The notes: a model not told the origin generated them from the sequence alone. 37,918 nt of DNA from Candidatus Moranbacteria bacterium RIFCSPLOWO2_12_FULL_48_12 (GCA_001784735.1 MFSB01000006.1:1-37918), one strand, 5' to 3'. Shown: positions 22,663 to 31,090, numbered from the stretch's first letter. Translations and numbers: made by a program.

Positions 22663-23925
22663 CTACCTCCGTTTTCCCAAGATGCTATTGATGGCATCCT
22701 CATCCTGACAGGAATATTTATTGCTGGCGGAATAAAAACGTTTTTTCGGCCCCTCGCAGCCGCCGTTGTCCCGGTAGAGCGTCGCCAGCATCGGCATAAG
22801 AAATCCCGTATTCCGCGAGGTGAAGTAGCCATGGAGACGCCGGAGCGTCGCCTCCCGCGTGTTCTTGTCCATTCGCGTGAAGACGCTCATATCATCTCCC
22901 AACTTGCCGCTCCAATCGAAATGCACGAATACATCATTCGCTTTGGCAGAGTAGTTTGGGTGCCAAAGGAGCGCCCAGCACCAGTCCCCCGGTTTCTGCC
23001 ACCAGCGCGAAAAACACGGTCCGTCTTCGATACTTCCGTCTTCTTGCAGTCCGACGCCGCCCTCGATATAGTCAAAGAGCCGCAGATATTTCTCGTCCAC
23101 AATGTCATTGGTCTGCGCCCCGATCAAGATTTTCATTCCCAAAAAATCGGCATATTCGCGCATACCGATAATCACCTCCGGCATGACGCTTTGCGAAAGG
23201 TCTCCCGCATCCTGATAAAATACCTGTCCGAAGAGAAAGCTCTGAATTCCCATGTCCATGGCTTGTTCCGCTATATACTGTACATATTTGCGATATTCCG
23301 CCCGTTCCAGAGACGGTTTGCAGGTATGTTCGCCCCAAAAATTCTTGCTCCCCGGACGGCACATGTCATCGAAATCAAAATCCCGCTCTTCGGCCGGGTA
23401 GTAATAATTGGCCGTCGTATCGATAGCTTCCGCGATGAACATCCCGTAAACGGTGTTGGGTTTGGTAACTTTCTTTTGGATTTTCCCCGCGAGCTTGAAA
23501 TCCGGCGGCCGGAGCCACGTCTCGAGCGCCCGATGGAGATAATAACACTGGGAGCGGTTGACAAGCGCGATGGAACTGTTGATATCACCGCCATAGCCCG
23601 AAAGAAAACCATCTGCCACGCAACCCTGTTTTTTCATCCGTTCTAGCGAGGGCGGTGGCGGCACAAGCATGACAGGAGAAACTCCTTCCGTTTTTCCTTC
23701 CTGCGAAGCGCCGCCTTCATCAAAGGCCGGCTGTTCATCCACCCAATCGGTGAGCGGAGGAACCGGCATTTCTTCCGGTGGCGCGATAGCCGCTTCTCTG
23801 TTTTTTTCGGAAAATGGCGCAAAGAAAAAAAGCCCGCCGACAACAAAAATCACGACAGGAATGGAAAAGAAAAGATGTTTTTTGCGAAGCAGCTTCGGCC
23901 GCTCCGCCGGATAGAGTGGTAACAT
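22663..23925 (-). CDS. membrane-anchored, Cys/aromatic-rich hypothetical protein
   Basis: N-terminal TM, Pro-rich linker and a globular domain of about 330 aa; ATG 23925 preferred over the 23943 start. Confidence 0.8.
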   Translation of the reverse strand: MLPLYPAERPKLLRKKHLFFSIPVVIFVVGGLFFFAPFSEKNREAAIAPPEEMPVPPLTDWVDEQPAFDEGGASQEGKTEGVSPVMLVPPPPSLERMKKQGCVADGFLSGYGGDINSSIALVNRSQCYYLHRALETWLRPPDFKLAGKIQKKVTKPNTVYGMFIAEAIDTTANYYYPAEERDFDFDDMCRPGSKNFWGEHTCKPSLERAEYRKYVQYIAEQAMDMGIQSFLFGQVFYQDAGDLSQSVMPEVIIGMREYADFLGMKILIGAQTNDIVDEKYLRLFDYIEGGVGLQEDGSIEDGPCFSRWWQKPGDWCWALLWHPNYSAKANDVFVHFDWSGKLGDDMSVFTRMDKNTREATLRRLHGYFTSRNTGFLMPMLATLYRDNGGCEGPKKRFYSASNKYSCQDEDAINSILGKRR

Positions 23926-23983
23926 AATATGTGCAAAGAGCACATACAGTATACACCTTTCTGGAGTAAACCTCGAGAGTAAG

Positions 23984-24082
23984 CCCCGTTAGATAACTTC
24001 CAGAGGTATTAGACATTGTTCTCGAATGAAAGATACGCTCCTCACAGACAGCTCGACGAAACCATAAGATTCTCTAACGGGG
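23984..24082. mobile_element. 99-bp inverted-repeat-bounded element
   Basis: TAAG|CCCCGTTAGA ... TCTAACGGGG|TAAA. Confidence 0.72.
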
Positions 24083-24176
24083 TAAACAAAAAACATCACG
24101 AAAGTTGTTTTATTTTTCGTATATGAGCAAAACAAAGCGTCTTAAGTTCTATGAGGTATACCAAGATGTAGCAAAC

Positions 24177-24824
24177 TTAAAGTTTTTTCAAATCCTCAAT
24201 ACTAATGTATTTGAAAGAATCAATAACTTTGTCAGCGCCACCTAACTCTTCGGCTGTGTGCGTAGTGGTAATCCCAATGACTTTCATCCCTGCTGCTTGT
24301 GCAGATTTAATACCTGAAAGCGAATCTTCAAAAGCCACACAATGTATAGGATTTATCAATAATTTCTTCGCAGTCAAAAGGTAAATCTCAGGATCCGGTT
24401 TGCCTTTGGATATCTCCTCAGCAGTCACTATTTTTTTGAAAAACTGACGGATATTCAAACCATCCAAAATAAAATCCGTATATGGTTTACGGGCGCTTGT
24501 TGCTACAGCAAAAGGAATATTGTGTGCTTTGAGTTCGTGGAAAAATTCAAGTAATCCTTCAGTCAGTGCTACTTTTGATTTGAATAGGAAAATTGCGATT
24601 CCCACTCTTTCTGCTGAATATTTTTCAAGCTCATCGGAAGATAATTGCCTATGAAAAAGGGAAGAAAAGATATCCGCTTCGGTTCTGCCAAAAACATTGT
24701 GTTTAAACTCATCTTCCGTCAAACGAAAACCATACTTCTGACACCATTGCCGCCATGCCTCTTGATGAATGCGTTCATCATCGATAATGACGCCATTCAT
24801 ATCGAAAACAATAGCTTGAAACAT
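24177..24824 (-). CDS. HAD-superfamily phosphatase (beta-PGM/CbbY-like, subfamily IA)
   Basis: AIVFDMNGVIID (second Asp of DxD replaced by Asn), AVATSA, KGKPDPEIYL, FEDSLSGIKSA. Confidence 0.9.
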   Translation of the reverse strand: MFQAIVFDMNGVIIDDERIHQEAWRQWCQKYGFRLTEDEFKHNVFGRTEADIFSSLFHRQLSSDELEKYSAERVGIAIFLFKSKVALTEGLLEFFHELKAHNIPFAVATSARKPYTDFILDGLNIRQFFKKIVTAEEISKGKPDPEIYLLTAKKLLINPIHCVAFEDSLSGIKSAQAAGMKVIGITTTHTAEELGGADKVIDSFKYISIEDLKKL

Positions 24825-24871
24825 ATAGGTATTGTAACTTTCTTACCTTTTTCTGTTTATTTCTATTACTT

Positions 24872-24921
24872 TGAGCGAGAGACCCTCCTCCGCTACGCTA
24901 CGGACGGGCAGGCGGGAATCG
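24872..24921 (-). pseudogene. relic tRNA-Gly 3' end with a 30-nt hairpin insertion
   Basis: CGATTCCCG[24883-24912]TCTCTCGCTCA on the minus strand. Confidence 0.75.
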
Positions 24922-24931
24922 CTATTACTTA

Positions 24932-25011
24932 GAGCGGGGATACAAGAATCTCCGCCTGCACCCCGCCAAGGCGGGAAGCATTGCGGGCAGGGAACCCGCG
25001 TATCTCGCTTG
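24932..25011 (-). pseudogene. relic tRNA-Gly 3' half with a 41-nt hairpin insertion in the T-loop
   Basis: CAAGCGAGATACGCGGGTTC[24951-24991]GATTCTTGTATCCCCGCTC on the minus strand. Confidence 0.78.
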
Positions 25012-25029
25012 TTCCAAAAACTGCAAAAT

Positions 25030-26190
25030 TTATAATGTAATCAGCGGGTGGGCGCTGGTGATTGTTTTCACTACGACGTTGTATTTCGCCGTGAAGGCCC
25101 GAGTAGCGACTCGTTTATCTTTCCATTTTATTTCATACGCGGAAATTTTTTCTCCCTCTTTGACGACCAGGTCAACTTCTGATCCGGTCCGCGACCGCCA
25201 AAAATAAAGACTTTTTTTCTGTCCAGCCAGCATATTTTGCTTGGCAAATTCCGCTACTACCCAATTTTCCCAAAGATGCCCAATATCCGACCGCAACGGA
25301 TTGGAGGAAAACTCATTCAAAATAGCATTGCGCACCCCCGTATCCCAAAAATATATCTTGTGGCTCTTGGAAATTTCTTTCCTCAGATTGGTGCTGAAGG
25401 CCGGTAAACGGAAAATAACAAAGGTCTGTTCCAACAAATCCAAATAGCGCTCCACAGTAGCTCTGGCCATTCTCAAGCTGGAAGCTAATTCATTGGTCGA
25501 TACTTCGGATCCGATTTGATGCGCCAGTAAAGCCAGAAGTTTCTTGATCAATTCTGGAGTTTTTATCAGCCCCATTTGCAAAACATCCTTGAAGAGATAG
25601 TCGGAAATGAGATTCAAAAGATATTGCTTTTTACCGCTTTCCAAAATCACCTCCGGATAACTTCCAAAAACAACGGCCTGCATCAAAAGCTCAGATATCT
25701 GATGGGAAAAATCCCTTTCTATTTGGTCGTCAGTATAAACATCGGCATACCACTCCTTGGAACGTACTATTTCCCCGAACTGCAATGGCGTAACGAATAA
25801 TTTTTCATTTCGCCCAGTCAAGCTTTCCGCCGACTGATTCAGCAAATCAAGGCTGGATGATCCTAAAAGAATAATTTTTGAAGACACATCTGAGTCATAC
25901 CACCCTTTTACGATTGAGCCTATCTGAGGCAAGCGCTGCGCTTCATCGATTATCAGATAATCCGGATTGCCAAAACTCTGCATCGCTTCTTTCGGAGACA
26001 ACGAGGCAGCAGAAATTATTTTTTGTTTATCGATATCTACGTCAAAATTCAAGAAAAGACTCTTTTTTGTCTTCAGCGCGTACTTCACCAGAGTGGTTTT
26101 TCCCACCTGTCTCGCTCCGATAATAATCATTATTTTTGGGGAGATAAGGTAACTCATGAACTTATTCTCCGCTTTTCTAGCTATATACAT
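25030..26190 (-). CDS. AAA_14-type ATPase with DUF4143 / C-terminal PD-(D/E)xK-like domain
   Basis: GARQVGKT, LIIDEAQ, LLGSS, ESLTGR, KIYFWDTGVRN, LWENWV, FWRSRTGSEVDLV..AYEIKW. Confidence 0.92.
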   Translation of the reverse strand: MYIARKAENKFMSYLISPKIMIIIGARQVGKTTLVKYALKTKKSLFLNFDVDIDKQKIISAASLSPKEAMQSFGNPDYLIIDEAQRLPQIGSIVKGWYDSDVSSKIILLGSSSLDLLNQSAESLTGRNEKLFVTPLQFGEIVRSKEWYADVYTDDQIERDFSHQISELLMQAVVFGSYPEVILESGKKQYLLNLISDYLFKDVLQMGLIKTPELIKKLLALLAHQIGSEVSTNELASSLRMARATVERYLDLLEQTFVIFRLPAFSTNLRKEISKSHKIYFWDTGVRNAILNEFSSNPLRSDIGHLWENWVVAEFAKQNMLAGQKKSLYFWRSRTGSEVDLVVKEGEKISAYEIKWKDKRVATRAFTAKYNVVVKTITSAHPLITL

Positions 26191-26260
26191 ACTTTAATCA
26201 TACAAATAACCGTACATTTTGTCAAGTGAACATTACAAAATGTAGTCTTCTTTAGTTAGA

Positions 26261-26297
26261 TGAGAGAGACGGGAATCGAACCCGCGTATCTAGCTTG
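26261..26297 (-). pseudogene. relic tRNA-Gly 3' half
   Basis: CAAGCTAGATACGCGGGTTCGATTCCCGTCTCTCTCA: anticodon 3' strand, intact T arm and an acceptor strand with a 2-nt deletion. Confidence 0.85.
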
Positions 26298-26523
26298 TCC
26301 CGAAAACTTCAAAATTTTAATTTTAGCCGTTTTTGTGACCCCGAGTCTTTGAGCGGGTAAACGGAATCGAACCGTCATCCACAGCTTGGAAGGCTGTTAT
26401 AATAACCATTATACGATACCCGCAATTGCCATCTTTTACCTCGTTCCCATTGTATACTACATAAATTTTGAAGCTCGGAATCCTCGGAAATCTAGTTTTG
26501 CTTTCGCTCAAAGATTTTCGGGA
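26298..26523. mobile_element. 226-bp inverted-repeat-bounded segment carrying tRNA-Gly(TCC)
   Basis: Left arm TCCCGAAAACTTCAAAATTT (26298-26317); right arm AAATTTTGAAG (26463-26473) plus TTTTCGGGA (26515-26523). The ends coincide with the two relic tRNA halves. Confidence 0.65.
26352..26423 (-). tRNA. tRNA-Gly(TCC)
   Basis: GCGGGTA TC GTAT AATGGTTA TTAT A ACAGC CTTCCAA GCTGT GGAT GACGG TTCGATT CCGTT TACCCGC T. Confidence 0.93.
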
Positions 26524-26699
26524 GAAGCTTGCCCGCACCGCATACGCGGAGCGTTTCGGGCGGGGCTGGCGTACTACCCGCCTCGACTCGCGACGCTCAT
26601 CGACGCGAGGCCGGCCATTGCCTGCCCGCCACACTGCGTAAGCTGTAGGTGGGTACTATTTACCCGTCCGTAACCAGAATGGTGGAGGAGGGCTCTCGC
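26524..26699 (-). pseudogene. relic tRNA-Gly 5' half with four hairpin insertions
   Basis: Removing 26528-26564, 26577-26614, 26621-26653 and 26659-26692 leaves GCGAGAGTAGTACAATGGTAGTACGCCAGCCTTC. Confidence 0.82.
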
Positions 26700-26714
26700 T
26701 TATTTTTCAGGTAT

Positions 26715-27449
26715 CTACTTCTGATCGACGCCCCGCAAACCGGTGAAAGGATCCTTGTAACGTTGTTCTTTCGGTACGCCGAGATCAATTAACATTTTTT
26801 CCATGGCTTCGACAAACGGGAGTGAACCGACGAGATAGTACAACTTTCCAGGAATATCGTCAATATATTTGGTAATCATCGGCACACAGATATACCCGCG
26901 TTCATCGTTTATCGGCTGACAGACCTCGTCTGATTGACTGAGTACCGTGATACAGCGAAAATGCGGCAGAGGCAGAGGCTTGATCTCTTCACAGAAAGCG
27001 GCATCTTTGAGAAAGCGATTGGAATACAAAAGGGTAAAATCACGGGTACTGCCTTCATGCGCCGCTTGCTTCAAAATACTTCTCACCGGGGTGATGCCGA
27101 TACCACCGACCAGAAACACCACCGGGCGCAGATCTCCTTTGGGTACGGTGAAAAATCCTACGGCTTTGGTAATGGTGATCGTATCGCCTGGCTGCATCTG
27201 CCAAAATGTCTGCTTGAAACCGCTCATTCCACGGCGCATAGCGAAATGCATTTCTGATTCGAAGGGAGAGGAAGCAATAGAGAAAGAGCGCACCGGCCCT
27301 TTGGGATCCGGAGCGACGAGTTTGGGTAGTGTCAAAGCCACATACTGGCCAGCCTGAAAAATATATCCCTCTGGTTTGTCAAAAATAAAAAGGCGGGTGC
27401 CATCGGCTACCTCGCGTGTTCCTTTGAGAGTGAGAGTGTATCCTTGCAT
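26715..27449 (-). CDS. FAD/NAD(P)-dependent oxidoreductase (ferredoxin-NADP reductase-like)
   Basis: FQAGQY, RSFSIASSP, GGIGITPVRS, LLYSNR. ATG 27449 is chosen because the longer start runs through a repeat. Confidence 0.9.
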   Translation of the reverse strand: MQGYTLTLKGTREVADGTRLFIFDKPEGYIFQAGQYVALTLPKLVAPDPKGPVRSFSIASSPFESEMHFAMRRGMSGFKQTFWQMQPGDTITITKAVGFFTVPKGDLRPVVFLVGGIGITPVRSILKQAAHEGSTRDFTLLYSNRFLKDAAFCEEIKPLPLPHFRCITVLSQSDEVCQPINDERGYICVPMITKYIDDIPGKLYYLVGSLPFVEAMEKMLIDLGVPKEQRYKDPFTGLRGVDQK

Positions 27450-27460
27450 ACTTTTTTTCT

Positions 27461-27538
27461 CCTCCTCCCCTGCGAAGGGGAGGGTAGGGAGGGGTGGTTT
27501 ACGATTCACAATTCATAATTCCTGATTCTTGATTCTAT
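27461..27538. repeat. REP-like purine-rich hairpin plus 5 ATTCNNN heptamers
   Basis: CCTCCCCT-gcga-AGGGGAGG-GTAGGGAGGGGT; attcaca attcata attcctg attcttg attctat (27504-27538). Confidence 0.65.
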
Positions 27539-27613
27539 TTTCTCCTTCCCTAGTGTACTTTTTTTCCTGTCTTTCAGTATAGCCAGAGAAAATCCGACTG
27601 TCAAAAAGTATCC

Positions 27614-28633
27614 CTACACGATATCACGGAGGATATTCTCGTACTCCCCCAGCTCGAGGAGCATCATGAGCACTTTGGCCAACTGGTCGCTATCGTGCCG
27701 GATAAAAGCCCGCGTATGAGCAATGGCATCGGCCTTATCCAAACGCACCCGCTCCGCACTCAAAAGATTGGTTTCCAATACACGATACTGGCGCTTCTTG
27801 CGAGCCGTTCTCTCAAAAGGCACGAGCTCGCCTTCCTGCTTATATTTTTTCATCAACCGCTGGCTCGGCTTGCCGATATTGTTGGTAACGAAATCGACCC
27901 TTCCTCTCCCTAGATATTTTTCCGTGGCATCAATGTAGTCATCGAGCGTAAACCCCTCTGTCTGACCTTTTTTATTTACCAGATTGCAGTTGTACACGAC
28001 TTTCGCGTGAGACTTTCGGATAGCCTCTGGGATACCATCCACCAAAAGATTCGGCACGATAGCGCAATAGTGACTTCCCGGACCGATCACAATCAGATCG
28101 GCAGCCAGAATTTTTTCAATCGCTCGCGGATTGGCTTTTGCCTTGGGGAAGAGATATATCTTGGCTACTCCCTGCTTGCTGATTTCAAAATTATGATTGA
28201 TTTCACTTTCTCCCTGAAGCAGAGTCTTACTCTTCAGTTGGAGAAAAAGCTTCGTATCCGCATTGGTCACGGGGATCACTTCGCCTTTGACATTCAAAAT
28301 TTGGGCGGCTTCAGCGACGCCAAGAGAAAAATTGCCAGTAATCTTTTCCAAGGCGGAAAGAAAAAGGTTGCCGAAACTATGGCCCGATAAGCCACCATTC
28401 TCAAATCGATAATTCATAAGCTTCCGAAGCATCTCTGAAGAATCTGACAGCGCCACCAGACACTGGCGCACATCGCCCGGCGGCAAAACTCCGAGTTCGT
28501 CACGCAGAACCCCCGTCGAGCCGCCGTCATCGGCCATAGAAACGATGGCCGACAGTTCGATCGGATACTTTTTCAGCCCGGACAAAAGCATGAAACTCCC
28601 CGTCCCCCCGCCGATAGTCACTACTTTTTTCAT
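27614..28633 (-). CDS. yvcK: gluconeogenesis factor YvcK/CofD-like (UPF0052)
   Basis: MKKVVTIGGGTG, MADDGGSTGVLRDELGVLPPGDVRQCL, GHSFGNL, ADLIVIGPGS, RHDSDQLA. Confidence 0.92.
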   Translation of the reverse strand: MKKVVTIGGGTGSFMLLSGLKKYPIELSAIVSMADDGGSTGVLRDELGVLPPGDVRQCLVALSDSSEMLRKLMNYRFENGGLSGHSFGNLFLSALEKITGNFSLGVAEAAQILNVKGEVIPVTNADTKLFLQLKSKTLLQGESEINHNFEISKQGVAKIYLFPKAKANPRAIEKILAADLIVIGPGSHYCAIVPNLLVDGIPEAIRKSHAKVVYNCNLVNKKGQTEGFTLDDYIDATEKYLGRGRVDFVTNNIGKPSQRLMKKYKQEGELVPFERTARKKRQYRVLETNLLSAERVRLDKADAIAHTRAFIRHDSDQLAKVLMMLLELGEYENILRDIV

Positions 28634-28635
28634 AA
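28603..28635. repeat. 33-bp direct repeat, copy 1 (yvcK start)
   Basis: TCCCCCCGCCGATAGTCACTACTTTTTTCATAA is identical to 31058-31090. Confidence 0.95.
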
Positions 28636-28750
28636 GATTCAAAATTATACGATATTGAAACCATAGCATGCTCAAAGTATTCTTTCAAGAAAAAAGCCTA
28701 GTCCGCAATGCGTCTAGGCTACCTGTCCATCCGGTCAGGCTCGGTATTTT

Positions 28751-30823
28751 TTACAGCGTCCGAGAAAACGCGAGCAGGTCTTCGAATGAATTGAAGCTCA
28801 CTTTCTGCCCCAGCTCCTCCTTGACAATAGACGCCACCTTTGCGAGAGCCCGCTCGAGGTGTGGAACTTCTTTTTCCGGCGGCAATACTTTCGCCATCTG
28901 CTCAAGCTCTTCCCACGAGTAACGCCCGCGATTTACCCACCACGGAATAGTAGATGTCACGCCATAGGCCCAGTGCCGGCGGCATGCCTCTTCCAGAACA
29001 GTCCGCATCGCATCCACCTTCTTGTTTGAGACGACACGATACCGGAAGTCCCGATTGAGGTGTAATGGTTTAGTGTCTGGAAGCACCTCTATCCACTGGC
29101 CGTTTTTTCCTTCTGTTTCATCCCGACTGAGGCGCGTAACCCGATACCGACCGGCTTTGATAGTGAGGATATCTCTCCCGTACTTCTCGAGAAAAGCGAT
29201 CCATTTGAGCCCCCAATGTAGCGGCTCGCCCGGAAGTCCGATGAGAAGAAAGACGTGTGTCTGAATACCGGCCTTCCTCAAATTGGACAGAATAATACCG
29301 TAATTCTCGGGCTTATTCCAGGTCTTTTCCGCTTGTGCCAAAGTCTCCGGTGCTAAAGATTCGAAACCGACCATAACATCGCCACAGCCCGCTTCGGCCA
29401 GTGCATCGCATACATCCTGTTTTACTAGGGTATTGTCTGCCGTCATATAGCAGTCCCATGTCGCGGAAAGGCCTCTCTCCTTGAGTCTTTTTCCTAATGC
29501 AATTTGGCGAGAAACCGGAAACATCGCACTGACAATCTCAAAACGAGACGCGCCTATGGCCAATATGTGCTCCGCCATTCGACGTGAGCTCATTTCACGT
29601 GGCTTACCGTGAAATGTAGCGCTTCCGGCCTCGATTGCACAAAAATCGCAGCGGTCTTTCGTGAGACAATTTGACGCCGGGTAAAGAGAGGGAACAAAAT
29701 CGGGCGACCACTGACGCACGCTACCGTCAAAAACCGGCGTTGGCAAGGTTTCGAATGGAATCGGCAAGGATACAGGATTAACGATTACTCTGTTGTCGCC
29801 ACTTCTCCACACTGTCCCCGGTGCGGATGATGGTGTCAAGGTTTCAGTTAAAACCTCCAGTGCACGGAAGCCTTCTCCCCAAACTATGGCATCACAGTAG
29901 TCGAACATCTCGGCGAATTGCGGAAGCAAATAGGCACCAAGCGGCCGCGCCCAAAAGTTGCCACCCATGACCACGAGTGTATTCGGCAACGTCTCTTTTA
30001 TCATCGCAGCGAGGATGCAACCTTGAACGAATTGCCTTTCGTCAGCGATGCTGATCCCATACAAATGAGGACGGACGTTTTTCGCAAATGGAACTTCCGC
30101 GTGAGCGAAGTACGAATACCATAGATGCTCTTTGCGATTTCTTATCGCATCGAGCATTTTCTCGATACTGCCGTCATAGTAATGCGACACGTATGTGACG
30201 TTATTGCGCTCCACGACGAATTTGTCTTGCGTTATGATACCGCTTGAAACGCGCTCGAATGTCATCCGTGCATCGTAAAGTGCCTTGATATCGCTTTTCG
30301 AGTCGCGGATAGTTGCCAGCGCCTTGTCGATAGTCTCTCCGCCGTGCTCGCGTAAAACGTATTTTAATCCGGCGATGTGCCCATAGTGCTGGGTCACTTG
30401 GTGACCACGCTCTTGGAGATACGCCGCGAGCATCGAGATGCCGGCAGGCAAATGCCATACCGACGATACCGGCGGATAGTTGAGTATCACTCGACGTTTA
30501 GGAGTTGCTATGAGAGTGACGAGCGCAAACTCGCTTTTCACAACGTCATCGTTGAAAGTGATCGTGATGACCGGTTTAGGCGTAGTCGGTACTGTCAGCC
30601 AGCCCATCTCACTCCGATAATTAACGGTAACAGGCTCAGAAACGGTCAGACTTTTGCCTTCGGGGATGGAAACCATCCGCCCGTCAGCAAAATGCACGTA
30701 CGTTACCTCATGGCGATTCGACGTGTCACGCTGGTGAACAGTCACCGCGTACGAAACATCAATGTGGAAGAGATGTAATGCACACAGAATTGCGAAAAAA
30801 CAGAGAAGCTTGTTCGGTTTCAT
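28751..30823 (-). CDS. B12-binding-domain radical SAM protein with an N-terminal signal-peptide-like extension
   Basis: VILNYPP..PAGISMLAAYLQERGH, VVMGG, DAIVWGEG (B12-binding pattern); CLTKDRCDFC; LAEAGC..VMVGFES; LIGLPGE; SD AGGAGG 4 nt before the ATG. Confidence 0.88.
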   Translation of the reverse strand: MKPNKLLCFFAILCALHLFHIDVSYAVTVHQRDTSNRHEVTYVHFADGRMVSIPEGKSLTVSEPVTVNYRSEMGWLTVPTTPKPVITITFNDDVVKSEFALVTLIATPKRRVILNYPPVSSVWHLPAGISMLAAYLQERGHQVTQHYGHIAGLKYVLREHGGETIDKALATIRDSKSDIKALYDARMTFERVSSGIITQDKFVVERNNVTYVSHYYDGSIEKMLDAIRNRKEHLWYSYFAHAEVPFAKNVRPHLYGISIADERQFVQGCILAAMIKETLPNTLVVMGGNFWARPLGAYLLPQFAEMFDYCDAIVWGEGFRALEVLTETLTPSSAPGTVWRSGDNRVIVNPVSLPIPFETLPTPVFDGSVRQWSPDFVPSLYPASNCLTKDRCDFCAIEAGSATFHGKPREMSSRRMAEHILAIGASRFEIVSAMFPVSRQIALGKRLKERGLSATWDCYMTADNTLVKQDVCDALAEAGCGDVMVGFESLAPETLAQAEKTWNKPENYGIILSNLRKAGIQTHVFLLIGLPGEPLHWGLKWIAFLEKYGRDILTIKAGRYRVTRLSRDETEGKNGQWIEVLPDTKPLHLNRDFRYRVVSNKKVDAMRTVLEEACRRHWAYGVTSTIPWWVNRGRYSWEELEQMAKVLPPEKEVPHLERALAKVASIVKEELGQKVSFNSFEDLLAFSRTL

Positions 30824-31057
30824 GAGTCCTCCTACAAGGGAAGTTGGTGAGTGATATTGTTAAAGAGCCTTATACAAGCCTAAACTTGTCTGTCGCTCTT
30901 TGGAAAAAATCCTGATACGACTTGCATTTATAACACAAGCCCGCTAAAAATACAATAGTTTACAAAAAAGCTGGCTTCAAGCCAGTCATATAACATTCAA
31001 AAGTTTCATAGGGTTAACCGTTTGCATCAACGGGGTGACAAATCAAACAAATGGTTT

Positions 31058-31090
31058 TCCCCCCGCCGATAGTCACTACTTTTTTCATAA
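31058..31090. repeat. 33-bp direct repeat, copy 2 (orphan first 10 codons of yvcK)
   Basis: Encodes MKKVVTIGGG; its ATG overlaps the NUDIX stop codon (ATGA). Confidence 0.95.

Noticed and set aside
22663-26190. Integron cassette array
   Set aside because: There is no integron integrase and no repeated attC-type RYYYAAC...GTTRRRY sites between the genes.
26352-26423. UGA-to-Gly recoding (genetic code 25)
   Set aside because: The anticodons are TCC and CCC, not TCA; long genes are intact under code 11, and TGA ends ORFs such as the NUDIX gene.
26323-26673. ORFs of 103 aa (-) and 95 aa (+)
   Set aside because: They overlap tRNA-Gly(TCC) and GC-rich hairpin repeats, so they are spurious.
26524-26699. 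Possible CRISPR array (33-38 nt units separated by short segments)
   Set aside because: There is no constant repeat, the short separators assemble into a tRNA half, and no cas genes are present.
26261-26699. Functional split or intron-containing tRNA
   Set aside because: The relics have mismatches and a deletion, the inserts are too short for self-splicing introns and show no evident bulge-helix-bulge, and an intact isoacceptor is present. Only RNA data could fully exclude it.
30937-31039. Seventh ~100-bp inverted-repeat element (AAGCCCGCT ... CAACGGGGTGAC)
   Set aside because: The arms match over too few bases to support a call; it may be a decayed copy.
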